This document shows, piece by piece, positions 1 through 7,903 of a stretch of DNA of 32,000 nucleotides. Under the pieces are notes generated by a model. It ran no database searches. It was not told where the DNA came from and saw only the letters and a list, made by a program, of their open reading frames with translations. This DNA comes from Mucisphaera calidilacus. Lineage in GTDB: Bacteria; Planctomycetota; Phycisphaerae; Phycisphaerales; Phycisphaeraceae. Location of the stretch: assembly GCF_007748075.1 (NCBI RefSeq), contig NZ_CP036280.1:2610001-2642000 (forward strand), given 5' to 3'. Each line of letters opens with the position of its first letter. Position 1 is the first letter of the stretch. The position numbers and the translations under genes were made by a program.

Positions 1-552
1 CTCGGCGATCAGGCGGAGGACCTGCACGTGGTGACGGCGGACGTGCACGAGGTGGGGTCGCCTCGCGTCGACGCGATCGCGGTTCTGAATTTCAGCCTGT
101 GCGAGTTGCACGAGCGAGTCGCCCTGCTCGCCTACCTGCGTCATGCGCGCAAGGGGCTGCTTGGGGGTGGGATGATCCTGTTGGATCTCTTCGGCGGGCC
201 GGGCGCGATCCGGCCCTTCACGCAGTCGCGTCGGATCACCCCGCCGGATCTGCCCGCCTTTGATTATCACTGGGAGCAGCGTAGGTTCGACGCGGCGAGC
301 AACCGGATCGACTGCCGTATCCACTTCGGTTTTGATGACGGGCACACAATGCGCTCGGCGTTCCGCTACGACTGGCGACTGTGGTCGCCTGCCGAGGTGC
401 GCGAGGCCCTGGCGGAGGCGCGGTACGAGAACATCACGGTCTGGTGTGATCGGTACGACTCTGCGACACATCGGTCGGACGGTCGTTACCGGCCGGTTCG
501 CTCGATCTCACCGCGTGAGGACTGGATCGCTTACGTCACCGCGACACGCTGA
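1..552 (+). CDS. class I SAM-dependent methyltransferase-like protein, C-terminal part (gene starts left of the window)
   Basis: Frame 1 is open from nt 1 (LGDQAEDLHVVTADV...), so the Met at 28 is not the real start. Stop is TGA at 550-552. DAIAVLNFSLCEL...GGMILLDLFGGPG...FDYHWEQRRF...FRYDWRLWSPAEVREAL resembles the distal half of Rossmann-fold methyltransferases. Similarity judged by eye only. Confidence 0.5.
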   Translation, partial: LGDQAEDLHVVTADVHEVGSPRVDAIAVLNFSLCELHERVALLAYLRHARKGLLGGGMILLDLFGGPGAIRPFTQSRRITPPDLPAFDYHWEQRRFDAASNRIDCRIHFGFDDGHTMRSAFRYDWRLWSPAEVREALAEARYENITVWCDRYDSATHRSDGRYRPVRSISPREDWIAYVTATR

Positions 553-1447
553 TGTTGAGGGTCTTGCCGGCAGCGACGAAGTCGTCCGGTGGCGGGGCGC
601 GGAGGACGTGGCCGTCGAACTCGAGGGTGTCGGCGTGGAGCATCGGGCGTGTGGTTTCGATGACCGAGCCGTAGGCCTCGTCGCCGACCACGGGGTGTCC
701 CTGTGCGGCGGCCATCGCACGGATCTGGTGGAGGAAGCCGGTGCCGAGGTCGACGGAGATCAGGGTCGCGCCGTCGCCGGCGGAGAGCGCCTGCCAGCGG
801 AGGTCGCAGCGGCGGCTCTCGGGATGAGGCTGATCTGAGATCGGCAGGGCCTCGACGCGTGCGGGTTTGTGGGCTGCGACGCGGAGGTCCATCTCCCAGG
901 CACCGCTGCCGGCGCAGTGGCCTTCGACGAGGGCGTGGTAGCGTTTGCGGATGGTGCGTTGCTCGAAGGCCTCGCGCAGTCGCTCCCAGGCCGGTTGGGC
1001 GGTGGCGACGAGGATGACGCCTGAGGTGGTGACGTCGAGTCGGTGCACGACGCCTGAGCGGAGCCCGCCCTCGCCTATGCCCTGGACGTGGGGCCAGCGT
1101 GCCGCGACGGCGTTGAGCAGCGTGCCCGTTTCGCCGGTGCGCAGCGGGTGAACGGCCCGCCCGGCGGGTTTGTCGATGGCGACCCAGCCGTTGCCCTCAT
1201 CGATGATGCGCAAGACGAGGTCGTATTCGGGTTCGATGCGGAGGTCTTCGGCGACGACGGGGCCTTCGACCACGACTTCCGAGCCGGTCTCGACGATCGT
1301 TGCGACGCGGTCGGTGACGCGTCCGCCCACGCTGACCTTGCCGTCTTCGATGGCTCGTCTGGCTTCGCCTCGGGTCACGCCAAGGCGTTCAACCAGGAAC
1401 AGATCGAGCCGCATGGCGAAGGCATCGTTGACGTACCACGAACGCAT
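536..1447 (-). CDS. RluA-family pseudouridine synthase with N-terminal S4 RNA-binding domain (RluD/RluC type)
   Basis: S4-like segment RLDLFLVERLGVTRGEARRAIEDGKVSVGG. Catalytic-Asp motif HRLDVTTSGVILVA. C-terminal GFLHQIRAMAAAQGHPVVGDEAYG is typical of the family. Convergent 17-nt overlap with the preceding CDS. An alternative start is Met12 at 1414. Confidence 0.85.
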   Translation of the reverse strand: MRSWYVNDAFAMRLDLFLVERLGVTRGEARRAIEDGKVSVGGRVTDRVATIVETGSEVVVEGPVVAEDLRIEPEYDLVLRIIDEGNGWVAIDKPAGRAVHPLRTGETGTLLNAVAARWPHVQGIGEGGLRSGVVHRLDVTTSGVILVATAQPAWERLREAFEQRTIRKRYHALVEGHCAGSGAWEMDLRVAAHKPARVEALPISDQPHPESRRCDLRWQALSAGDGATLISVDLGTGFLHQIRAMAAAQGHPVVGDEAYGSVIETTRPMLHADTLEFDGHVLRAPPPDDFVAAGKTLNISVSR

Positions 1448-1474
1448 GGCCTCAAGGGTAGCGACCTTGGCGTG

Positions 1475-1504
1475 AAAAAACCCACGAGCCGTTAGGCCCG
1501 TGGG
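1475..1504 (-). terminator. Rho-independent terminator downstream of the nagB-fusion gene
   Basis: The minus-strand RNA reads CCCACGGGCC-UAAC-GGCUCGUGGG followed by UUUUUU. This is a 10-bp stem with one G-U pair. That pair would be an A-C mismatch on the plus strand, which supports minus-strand use. It lies 28 nt after the stop at 1532. Confidence 0.65.
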
Positions 1505-1531
1505 TCGGTTGTGCTGGAGATGAGCCGGGGG

Positions 1532-3529
1532 TCAGGAGGATTGCACGCCGGCGAGGGTGACGGCTTCGCCGAAGCCAACGGTGCCGCCGTCGCCTTCGAG
1601 GTCGGGGACCCATCGGACGAAGGCCTCGATGGCTTCGTACTCGGCGAGTCCGAGCGCGTCGTAGAGCTTGGCGGTGCCGCGGTTGCGGTCTTCAGCGCGT
1701 TGCCAGAACTCGCGTGGGTCGCTGCCGGGGAACAGCGCCTTGTCTTTCTGGGACTCGTGCTTGAAGATCGCCTGGCGTTTGCGTTGGAGCTCCTGGGGCG
1801 AGATGGGGACGGCCATCTCGATGTGCTCGGGCTCCCATTCCTGCCAGGCGCCGCGGTAGAGCCAGACCTGGCAGTCCTTGAACCACGCCTCGTTCTTGAC
1901 GCGGTGGATGGCGGCGAAGATGGCCATGAGGCATACGCGGTGGGTGCCGTGTGGGTCGGAGAGGTCGCCGGCGGCGTAGATCTGGTGGGGCTGAATCTTC
2001 TGGAGCAGGTCGACGATGATCTGGATGTCCTCTTCGCCGACGGGCTTCTTGCGGACGGTGCCGGTCTCGTAGAAGGGCATGTCGAGGAAGTGCAGGTTCT
2101 CGTCGGAGACGCCGCAGTAGCGTCCGCCTGCACGGGCTTCGCCTCGGCGGATGAGTCCCTTGAGTTTCTGGATCTCGGGGGAGTCGACCTGTCCGGGTTT
2201 CTTGTTGCGGAGAAACTCCTCGATATGCTCCTCGATCTCACCGGCCTTGTGGTCGGAGATGCCGAAGAGTTCGTTGAATTCCTTGGCGAAGTCGGCGAAG
2301 CGGAGCGCGTCCTCGTCGAAGACGGCGATGTTGCCGGAGGTCTGGTAGGCGATGTGCATGTCGTGGCCCTGGTCGCAGAGCCGGATCAGGGTGCCGCCCA
2401 TGGAGATGACGTCGTCGTCGGGGTGCGGCGAGAAGCAGATGCAGCGTTTGGGGAAGACCTCGTCGGAGGCACGGCGGAGGTCGCCGGGGCGTTTGGCGCT
2501 GCTGGGTTTGCCGCCTGGCCAGCCGGTGATGGTGGCCTGGAGGTAGCGGAAGACGTTGCGGTTGATCTCGTAGGCGGGTCCGTGCTCGGCGATGAGTTCC
2601 TGGAGGCCCGACTCGTTGTAGTCCTCGTCGGTGAGTTTGAGGACGGGCTTGTCGAGGAGCTGGGCGAGCCAGATGACGGCGCGGCGGATGAGCTTGGCGT
2701 CCCAGTCGCAGGGGCCGACGAGCCAGGGCAGGTTGGTGCGTGTGAGGTGGGCTGCTGCGGCGCTGTCGAGCATGACCTGGGCGTTGGGGTGGTCCTGCAG
2801 GAAGGAGGCGGCGACGACGGGGGTGACCTCGCCCTCGATGGCTTCGGCGGAGATCCTGGCCTTGCCCTCGCCGAACGCCATCATGATGATCCGTCGTGCA
2901 TCGAGGATGGTGCCGACGCCCATGGTGATGGCCTTGGTGGGGACGTTCTCCATGCCGAAGAAGTCACTGGCGGCGTCGATGCGTGTCTTGCGGTCGAGCC
3001 AGATCAGTCGTGTGCGGCTGCCCTTGCCCGAGCCGGGCTCGTTGAAGCCGATGTGGCCGGTTCGGCCGATGCCCAGGAGCTGGATGTCGATGCCGCCTGC
3101 GTCCCTGATCGCCTTCTCGTAGGCCTGGCAGTAGTGGGGGACCTCCTCGATGCTGAGCGTGCCGTCGGGCACGTGGACGTTCTTGGGGTCGATGTCGATG
3201 TGACTGAACAGGTGCTCGTTCATGAAGCGGTGGTAGCTCTGCAGCTCGTTGGGCTGCATGGGGAAGTACTCGTCGAGATTGAACGAGACCACGTTCTTGA
3301 AGGAGAGGCCTTCTTCCTTGTGCATGCGAACCAGCTCGGCGTAGACGCCGGTGGGCGTGGAGCCGGTGGCGAGTCCGAGCACGCAGGTCTTGCCCTCGGC
3401 CTGCCGTACGCGGATCAGCTCGGCGATCTCCCGGGCGACTGCTGCGTTGACGTCGGCGGGGTCGGTCAGGACCTGCGTCGGGATCTTCTCACGGCTGGCC
3501 ATCTGCATGTCGAGGGCGGAAGACATCAT
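1532..3529 (-). CDS. nagB: glucosamine-6-phosphate deaminase (NagB) fused to a PIG-L/LmbE-type deacetylase domain
   Basis: N-terminal NagB motifs: GLATGSTPTGVY, NLDEY, GIGRTGHIGFNEPGS. C-terminal PIG-L signature: CFSPHPDDDVISMGGTL and DLSDPHGTHRVC. Start chosen at ATGATG 3529/3526 because AGGAG (3534-3538, minus strand) sits 4 nt upstream. The ORF-track start at 3595 has no such signal. Confidence 0.8.
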   Translation of the reverse strand: MMSSALDMQMASREKIPTQVLTDPADVNAAVAREIAELIRVRQAEGKTCVLGLATGSTPTGVYAELVRMHKEEGLSFKNVVSFNLDEYFPMQPNELQSYHRFMNEHLFSHIDIDPKNVHVPDGTLSIEEVPHYCQAYEKAIRDAGGIDIQLLGIGRTGHIGFNEPGSGKGSRTRLIWLDRKTRIDAASDFFGMENVPTKAITMGVGTILDARRIIMMAFGEGKARISAEAIEGEVTPVVAASFLQDHPNAQVMLDSAAAAHLTRTNLPWLVGPCDWDAKLIRRAVIWLAQLLDKPVLKLTDEDYNESGLQELIAEHGPAYEINRNVFRYLQATITGWPGGKPSSAKRPGDLRRASDEVFPKRCICFSPHPDDDVISMGGTLIRLCDQGHDMHIAYQTSGNIAVFDEDALRFADFAKEFNELFGISDHKAGEIEEHIEEFLRNKKPGQVDSPEIQKLKGLIRRGEARAGGRYCGVSDENLHFLDMPFYETGTVRKKPVGEEDIQIIVDLLQKIQPHQIYAAGDLSDPHGTHRVCLMAIFAAIHRVKNEAWFKDCQVWLYRGAWQEWEPEHIEMAVPISPQELQRKRQAIFKHESQKDKALFPGSDPREFWQRAEDRNRGTAKLYDALGLAEYEAIEAFVRWVPDLEGDGGTVGFGEAVTLAGVQSS

Positions 3530-3701
3530 TAAGCTCCTATCTGACATATACTTGAATACAAAACCCGAGGGGTTGCCACGGTGGCGGAACGGCACCCGAC
3601 GGGCTTCCGGCGATTATAACGCTTGGCGTATAATTATGGAAGACTTGCAGAAGACTCCGCGTCAGATTCCGCCCGGAACGTCTTTTTAACACGATGGAGC
3701 G

Positions 3702-4034
3702 TCAAGGTGTAGCGCCGGGGTGCAGCGCTTCGCGGAGGTCGCGAGCGGTCATGGGTTCGACGGCGTAGAGGTCTTCGAGCACGCGGGCCGCTGCGTCACG
3801 GGCAAGCTGATCGATCTGTTGGCGGCCGTGGATGTCGGACAGGGCGAGTCGCGGGACGCCCTGCTTCCACATGCCGAGGGCATCGCCGGAGCCGAGTGCG
3901 AAATGGGCGAAGTCGCTGCGTCCCGGCTCGAAGCTGAGCAGCGCCGCGTCGAAGCGGGGCTTGGAAGCGTTGCCCGTGCAGCCGGTCAGCCCCAGGAACA
4001 GCACGGCGAGGGTGATGGATGAGAGGGTGCGCAT
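3702..4034 (-). CDS. hypothetical lipoprotein
   Basis: Signal peptide plus lipobox MRTLSSITLAVLFLGLTG|C. GAGGA lies about 7 nt upstream of the ATG. No recognisable domain. Confidence 0.55.
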   Translation of the reverse strand: MRTLSSITLAVLFLGLTGCTGNASKPRFDAALLSFEPGRSDFAHFALGSGDALGMWKQGVPRLALSDIHGRQQIDQLARDAAARVLEDLYAVEPMTARDLREALHPGATP

Positions 4035-4159
4035 GCCGGGTCCTCAGGAGGGTGTTCCGTCCTGAGCCAGCATCGATCACCCCCCTGCCGAGGTTGAGGG
4101 GCATCGCGCTCAGGCGCACCTGTGGCGTGATTCCCCCGGCTTCCCAGACGGCATGACCG

Positions 4160-4996
4160 TCATGATCGGAGCAGGTCGGTGATGACCCCGGCGGCGTGGG
4201 CGATATCGTCGACGCGGTTGTCGCCGGCCTCGCGTTCGATGACGAGGTCGCCGGTGTATCCACCTTCGTCGAGTCTGGCGAGGAAGGCGGACCAGTCGAC
4301 GGCGCCGTCGCCGACGCGTTCTTCGCTGCCCCAGGTGCCGGGAGTCGGGGTCGGCAGAGCGTCCTTGATGTGGACCTGGCCGACGAAGGGCATCAGGCGT
4401 TCGACGGCTTCGAGCGGGTCGCCCTTGCCGTAGAGGATCATGTTGGCGGGGTCGAAGTTGACGCCGACGCCCGCGTCGCCGAGTTCGGCGAGGAAGGCTT
4501 CGAGGTCCTCCGCCGTCTCCTGCCCGGTCTCCAGCAGCAGTTCGATGCCTGCTTCGGCGGCGATAACGGCGAGTTGTGCGAGGCGGTCAGCGACCGTGGC
4601 GCGCAGCGGGTCGGTCTCCTGCTCGGGGATGAATCCGGCGTGGAAGGTGATGACCTTGATGCCGAGTTGCTGGGCCCATTCGGCCTCGCGGACGAACAGC
4701 TCGCGGTTCTCGTCCCAGAGTTGGTCCTGGACGATGCCGCCTGTGGCGCGGATGGTTTCGAGCGTGCTGTAGTCCTCGCCGCGTGGCGCGTACATGCCGG
4801 AGACAATGGTCACGCCGGCGTCGGCGAGCATGGTGCCGATTTCGGCCCAGGCGGCGTCATCGACGAGCGGGTTCATGGCCAGCTGGACGCGGCGGATGCC
4901 GCAGGTGTTGAGTTTGTCGAGCAGCGAGGCGGGCGACTCGGGCTGAAAACTCCATGTGCACGCCGCGAGACGCTTGTGATAACCCTCTTCGCTCAT
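4160..4996 (-). CDS. sugar phosphate isomerase/epimerase (xylose isomerase-like TIM barrel)
   Basis: The pattern VITFHAGF...IELLLETGQE...GVNFDPANM...VHIKD...GDLVIEREA is typical of AP_endonuc_2/xylose-isomerase-like TIM barrels. Start at ATG 4996 is preceded by GGGAAGG. The longer 5068 start would overlap the upstream cytochrome c gene. Confidence 0.8.
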   Translation of the reverse strand: MSEEGYHKRLAACTWSFQPESPASLLDKLNTCGIRRVQLAMNPLVDDAAWAEIGTMLADAGVTIVSGMYAPRGEDYSTLETIRATGGIVQDQLWDENRELFVREAEWAQQLGIKVITFHAGFIPEQETDPLRATVADRLAQLAVIAAEAGIELLLETGQETAEDLEAFLAELGDAGVGVNFDPANMILYGKGDPLEAVERLMPFVGQVHIKDALPTPTPGTWGSEERVGDGAVDWSAFLARLDEGGYTGDLVIEREAGDNRVDDIAHAAGVITDLLRS

Positions 4997-5013
4997 GACC
5001 TTCCCTTCTGGTG

Positions 5014-5511
5014 CTAACGCTGGGCCTCGATCTGTCGGATCGAGACGGGGCCGGCGTCGTTGTCCCACGCCTGGCGGATGTAACTCACAACCGATGCGAT
5101 CTCTTCGTCGGTCAGGAACCCGATGCCGGGCATCAGGTCGCCGTAGTCACCCGACGGCGGCTCGGCGCCGGGGAAGGGCCCGATCCCGTTCATGGTCATG
5201 CGGATGAGGGTGTCGGTGTCGCCGAGCACGCTCTCGTTGCCGACGAGTACGGGATAGCCGCCGGAGAGCCCCATGCCGTCGCTGCCGTGGCAGCCGGCGC
5301 AGTTGGCGGCGTAGACCTCCTCGCCGAGCACGAGGTCGATGTCGATGGCCTCCGGCTCCGCGACCTCGATGGGTTGCGGCCGCGTTTCGGCGGGTTGCGG
5401 GGTCTTAGCGGGTTCAGCCGCTGCGGGTGGTTCGGGGGCGCCTGCCTGCTGATCGCAGGCGGCGAGCAGGCTGATCGCCCCGGTCAGCAGCAAGAGCGTG
5501 ATCCGCTTCAT
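5014..5511 (-). CDS. lipoprotein c-type cytochrome (class I, monohaem)
   Basis: Signal peptide and lipobox MKRITLLLLTGAISLLAA|C, then a Pro/Ala/Glu-rich linker. Haem-binding CAGCH motif with a downstream Met-containing LMPGIG. A GTG at 5535 that abuts the upstream stop is a less likely start. Confidence 0.8.
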   Translation of the reverse strand: MKRITLLLLTGAISLLAACDQQAGAPEPPAAAEPAKTPQPAETRPQPIEVAEPEAIDIDLVLGEEVYAANCAGCHGSDGMGLSGGYPVLVGNESVLGDTDTLIRMTMNGIGPFPGAEPPSGDYGDLMPGIGFLTDEEIASVVSYIRQAWDNDAGPVSIRQIEAQR

Positions 5512-5535
5512 GGCCCGGAGTGTAACGCAACCCAC

Positions 5536-7620
5536 TCAGGCGGATCGCCTGCCGATCCATGCGAGCGAGCCGGCCAGCAGCAGCGCCGTCGAGGGCTCGG
5601 GGACGTCGCCGTGACCGAAGGCCTGCGCGAGCAGGCTGAGGTCGAGGAGGTTGACGCTGCCGTCGCCGTTGATGTCGCCGTTGCCGTAGACCTGCTCGTC
5701 CTGCTGGAAGTAGAAGGCGAGGGTGGAGAGGTCGACGAGGTTGACCTTGTTGTCGAAGTTGATGTCGCCGAGCACGCCGCCGTAGAGCTCAACGATCCAG
5801 AACCGCAGGTCGTCGCCGTCGGTCTCGCCGTCGCCGGTAAGGTCGTAGTCGGGGTTGCCCATGTTCTGGGCGAGGAGGGTGAGGTCGCTGGGCTCGTAAC
5901 CGCCGTTGCCGGTGAAGTCGCCGACGATCTCGAGCATCCCGCCGGGGTTGTGGATGAGGCTATCCATGAAGAGCCAGGAGACGCCCTCGCCGAGGATGCG
6001 GAGGCTGCGTAGGGTGACGGCGGAGGCGTCGATCTCGCCGTTGCCGCTGCGTGACGAGAGCGGGTACCAGTCGGCGGGGTTGTCGAGGTCCCATTGGATG
6101 AGGTGCCAGAGGCCGTCGGCGTCGAGCATGCGTTCGGTGGCGACCTCGCGCTGGGTGCCGTCGTTGAGGATCAGGCTGATGCTGGTGTTGTCCGACTCGG
6201 TCTTGACCCACATGCCGAGGAAGCCCTGGGCGTTGAACTCGATGTTGGCACCGGGTGTGCCGGGCGCGCCCTCGCCGTATTCATCGGCGAGGACTTCGAG
6301 GGTCCATCCGTCGGCGGCGCCGTCGACGTCGACGCGGAGTGACTGCAGGCCGCCCATCGCGGACTCGGTGGTGACGACCTGGCTGGAGGCGTTGACGTTA
6401 TAGGTCAGCGGCGCGGAGCCGCCGGGTGTGCCGAAGGGTCGTTCGTCGGTCTCGAAGTCGGCGAGCAGTTCCGGGCCGGGGGGGGGCTGGATGGAGGCGA
6501 GGTAGTTGGTCAATGCGGTGCGCTTGGGACCGGAATCGATGTCGCTGTAGTGGTAGACCTGCACGCCGTGCGAGCCGCTGGTGCGGGCGCGTTCGATCTG
6601 GTCGATCATCATGTCGGCGCTGCTGTAGAGATAGGGCCCGATGCCGGTGACGACGGCGGTGTCGCCGCCGATGGAGGCGTACTTCTGGACGTTGGACTCG
6701 AGCAGGTAGTCGTAGGTCTCGCTGAGGTAGGTCATGGGCAGGGCGAGGTCGAGGATTTCCTCCTCGATCCAGCGTGCGGAGTGCTGCTGGTAGTCCCTGA
6801 TGGCGATGTCGGGGTCGCGCCAGACCGCTGCGGAGAGGATCGAGTTGGGGTCCTCGGTGTGGATGGCGTCGCCGACCTTGGTCACCAGTTCGGTGATGTT
6901 GTCGGCGATCCACTGGCGGTAGGCGGGGCTGTCGGAGTAGGCGAGGCCGGTCTCGGCGGTGTAGCGGGCGCGGGAGGCGGGGTCGCGGACGTAGGTGTAG
7001 CCGGTATTCGAGTACATGCGGACGTAGTCGAGGTGGACACCGGCGACGTCGTAGTTGGCGACGATGTCGGCGGCGACGTTGGCGATGTGGTCCTGGGCCT
7101 CGTCGATGGTGGGGTTGATGCCGACGTAGGTGCCTTCGAGGGGCTGGTCGTTGCCGTAGTAGTCCTTGAGTCGCCACTCGGGGTGCTGGTTCCAGAGGTG
7201 GTCGGGGTCGCTGGGGGGCGAGGAGCCGCGCCACATGGGTGTGGTGTTGATCCATGCGTGGAGGCGGATGCCATACTTCGCGGCCTCTTCGGTCGCGACC
7301 TGGAGCGGGTCCCAGCCGGGGTTGCTGCCGTAATAGGGGTAGTCGTCGCTCCAGACCTCGAAGTTGCTGTCGTAGCGTGCGTCGCCCTCGCCACGGACCT
7401 GGAACTGGATGTCGGTGAAGCCGATGGCGGCGCAGTCGGCGATGATGGCCCGGATGGCTGAGGCGCTGGAGTACTCGAAGCGGGAGACCCAGACGCCGGC
7501 GTACTCGTGGTACCCCATGTCGGCGTTGACCTCGGGATGGATCGCCTGAGCTTGGCCGGGGAACATCGAGACCGCTGCGAGGGTCAGAGCCGAACACCAC
7601 GGAAGAAATCGCTGGGTCAC
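5536..7620 (-). CDS. secreted GHL10-like (YngK-type glycoside-hydrolase-like) protein with CBM-like module, dockerin-like repeats and PEP-CTERM anchor
   Basis: Signal peptide ends ...FPGQAQA. The N-terminal TIM-barrel-like region (GVWVSRF..., IRLHAWINT, GVHLDYVRMY) resembles Pfam GHL10. A beta-sandwich-like middle follows. Three Ca-binding dockerin/EF-hand-like repeats are present: DLTGDGETDGDDL, GDINFDNKVNLVDLSTLA, GDINGDGSVNLLDLSLLA. C-terminus VPEPSTALLLAGSLAWIGRRSA is a PEP-CTERM motif. GTG start at 7620 is preceded by AGGAG with a 6-nt spacer. Confidence 0.8.
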   Translation of the reverse strand: MTQRFLPWCSALTLAAVSMFPGQAQAIHPEVNADMGYHEYAGVWVSRFEYSSASAIRAIIADCAAIGFTDIQFQVRGEGDARYDSNFEVWSDDYPYYGSNPGWDPLQVATEEAAKYGIRLHAWINTTPMWRGSSPPSDPDHLWNQHPEWRLKDYYGNDQPLEGTYVGINPTIDEAQDHIANVAADIVANYDVAGVHLDYVRMYSNTGYTYVRDPASRARYTAETGLAYSDSPAYRQWIADNITELVTKVGDAIHTEDPNSILSAAVWRDPDIAIRDYQQHSARWIEEEILDLALPMTYLSETYDYLLESNVQKYASIGGDTAVVTGIGPYLYSSADMMIDQIERARTSGSHGVQVYHYSDIDSGPKRTALTNYLASIQPPPGPELLADFETDERPFGTPGGSAPLTYNVNASSQVVTTESAMGGLQSLRVDVDGAADGWTLEVLADEYGEGAPGTPGANIEFNAQGFLGMWVKTESDNTSISLILNDGTQREVATERMLDADGLWHLIQWDLDNPADWYPLSSRSGNGEIDASAVTLRSLRILGEGVSWLFMDSLIHNPGGMLEIVGDFTGNGGYEPSDLTLLAQNMGNPDYDLTGDGETDGDDLRFWIVELYGGVLGDINFDNKVNLVDLSTLAFYFQQDEQVYGNGDINGDGSVNLLDLSLLAQAFGHGDVPEPSTALLLAGSLAWIGRRSA

Positions 7621-7647
7621 GGGGTACTCCTATCAGGTCAGGGTTTT

Positions 7648-7667
7648 CCCGTGGCGGATGCCACGGG
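7648..7667. other. stem-loop in the GHL10 leader / divergent control region
   Basis: CCCGTGGC-GGAT-GCCACGGG, a perfect 8-bp stem flanked by T-rich runs on the plus strand. It lies 28-47 nt upstream of the GHL10 start codon. Function unknown. Confidence 0.3.
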
Positions 7668-7836
7668 GTCTTTTCCCAGTGTAAGCATGACACAGAAAGT
7701 CAGGCGGACAACGTGATCCTTATGATCTTATAGGATTTTATCCGCATAATCCGACTAATTCGCTCAGATTAAGCAAAATGCTGTGTATGACTCACTCCGA
7801 GCACCTGCCTTGGCCATAAGAATGAGAATAATCGGC

Positions 7837-7864
7837 TTGCACGATACGATATCGGTTATATAAT
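7837..7864 (+). promoter_or_regulatory. sigma70-like promoter of pseudopilin gene 1
   Basis: TTGCAC (7837-7842), a 16-nt spacer, then TATAAT (7859-7864), 40 nt before the ATG. It sits in an AT-rich patch of an otherwise GC-rich window. The same architecture recurs at 8979-9006. Confidence 0.5.
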
Positions 7865-7903
7865 TTCTTTAATAAGTCCCCCCAACTCGGAGGCTCCCTC
7901 GTC

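Noticed and set aside
1511-3532. 673-aa ORF on the plus strand, antisense to the nagB fusion gene. Similar long antisense or overlapping ORFs occur at 6398-7693(-), 10114-11085(-), 11138-12916(-), 13649-15283(-), 15613-16821(-), 18668-19948(+), 22846-24180(+) and 23822-25525(+).
   Set aside because: Their translations are Arg/Gly/Ala/Pro/Asp-rich low-complexity strings with no motifs. Each lies opposite a gene with strong family signatures. Long stop-free antisense frames are expected in high-GC DNA.
3596-3701. AT-rich patch upstream of nagB with TATAAC/TATAAT boxes, an imperfect palindrome TTATAACGC-TTG-GCGTATAA and a GAAGACT direct repeat, as a possible NagC-type operator.
   Set aside because: I could not derive a convincing -35/-10 pair with proper spacing for the minus-strand gene. 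The repeats are short enough to occur by chance. Worth a look only if transcription-start data become available.
4997-5068. Longer N-terminal versions of several ORFs in the track (sugar isomerase from 5068, cytochrome c from 5535, TolB-like from 25249, small protein from 23120, kdsD from 30510).
   Set aside because: The extensions overlap upstream genes, are Arg/Pro-rich, or precede an obvious signal peptide or RBS-supported internal start.
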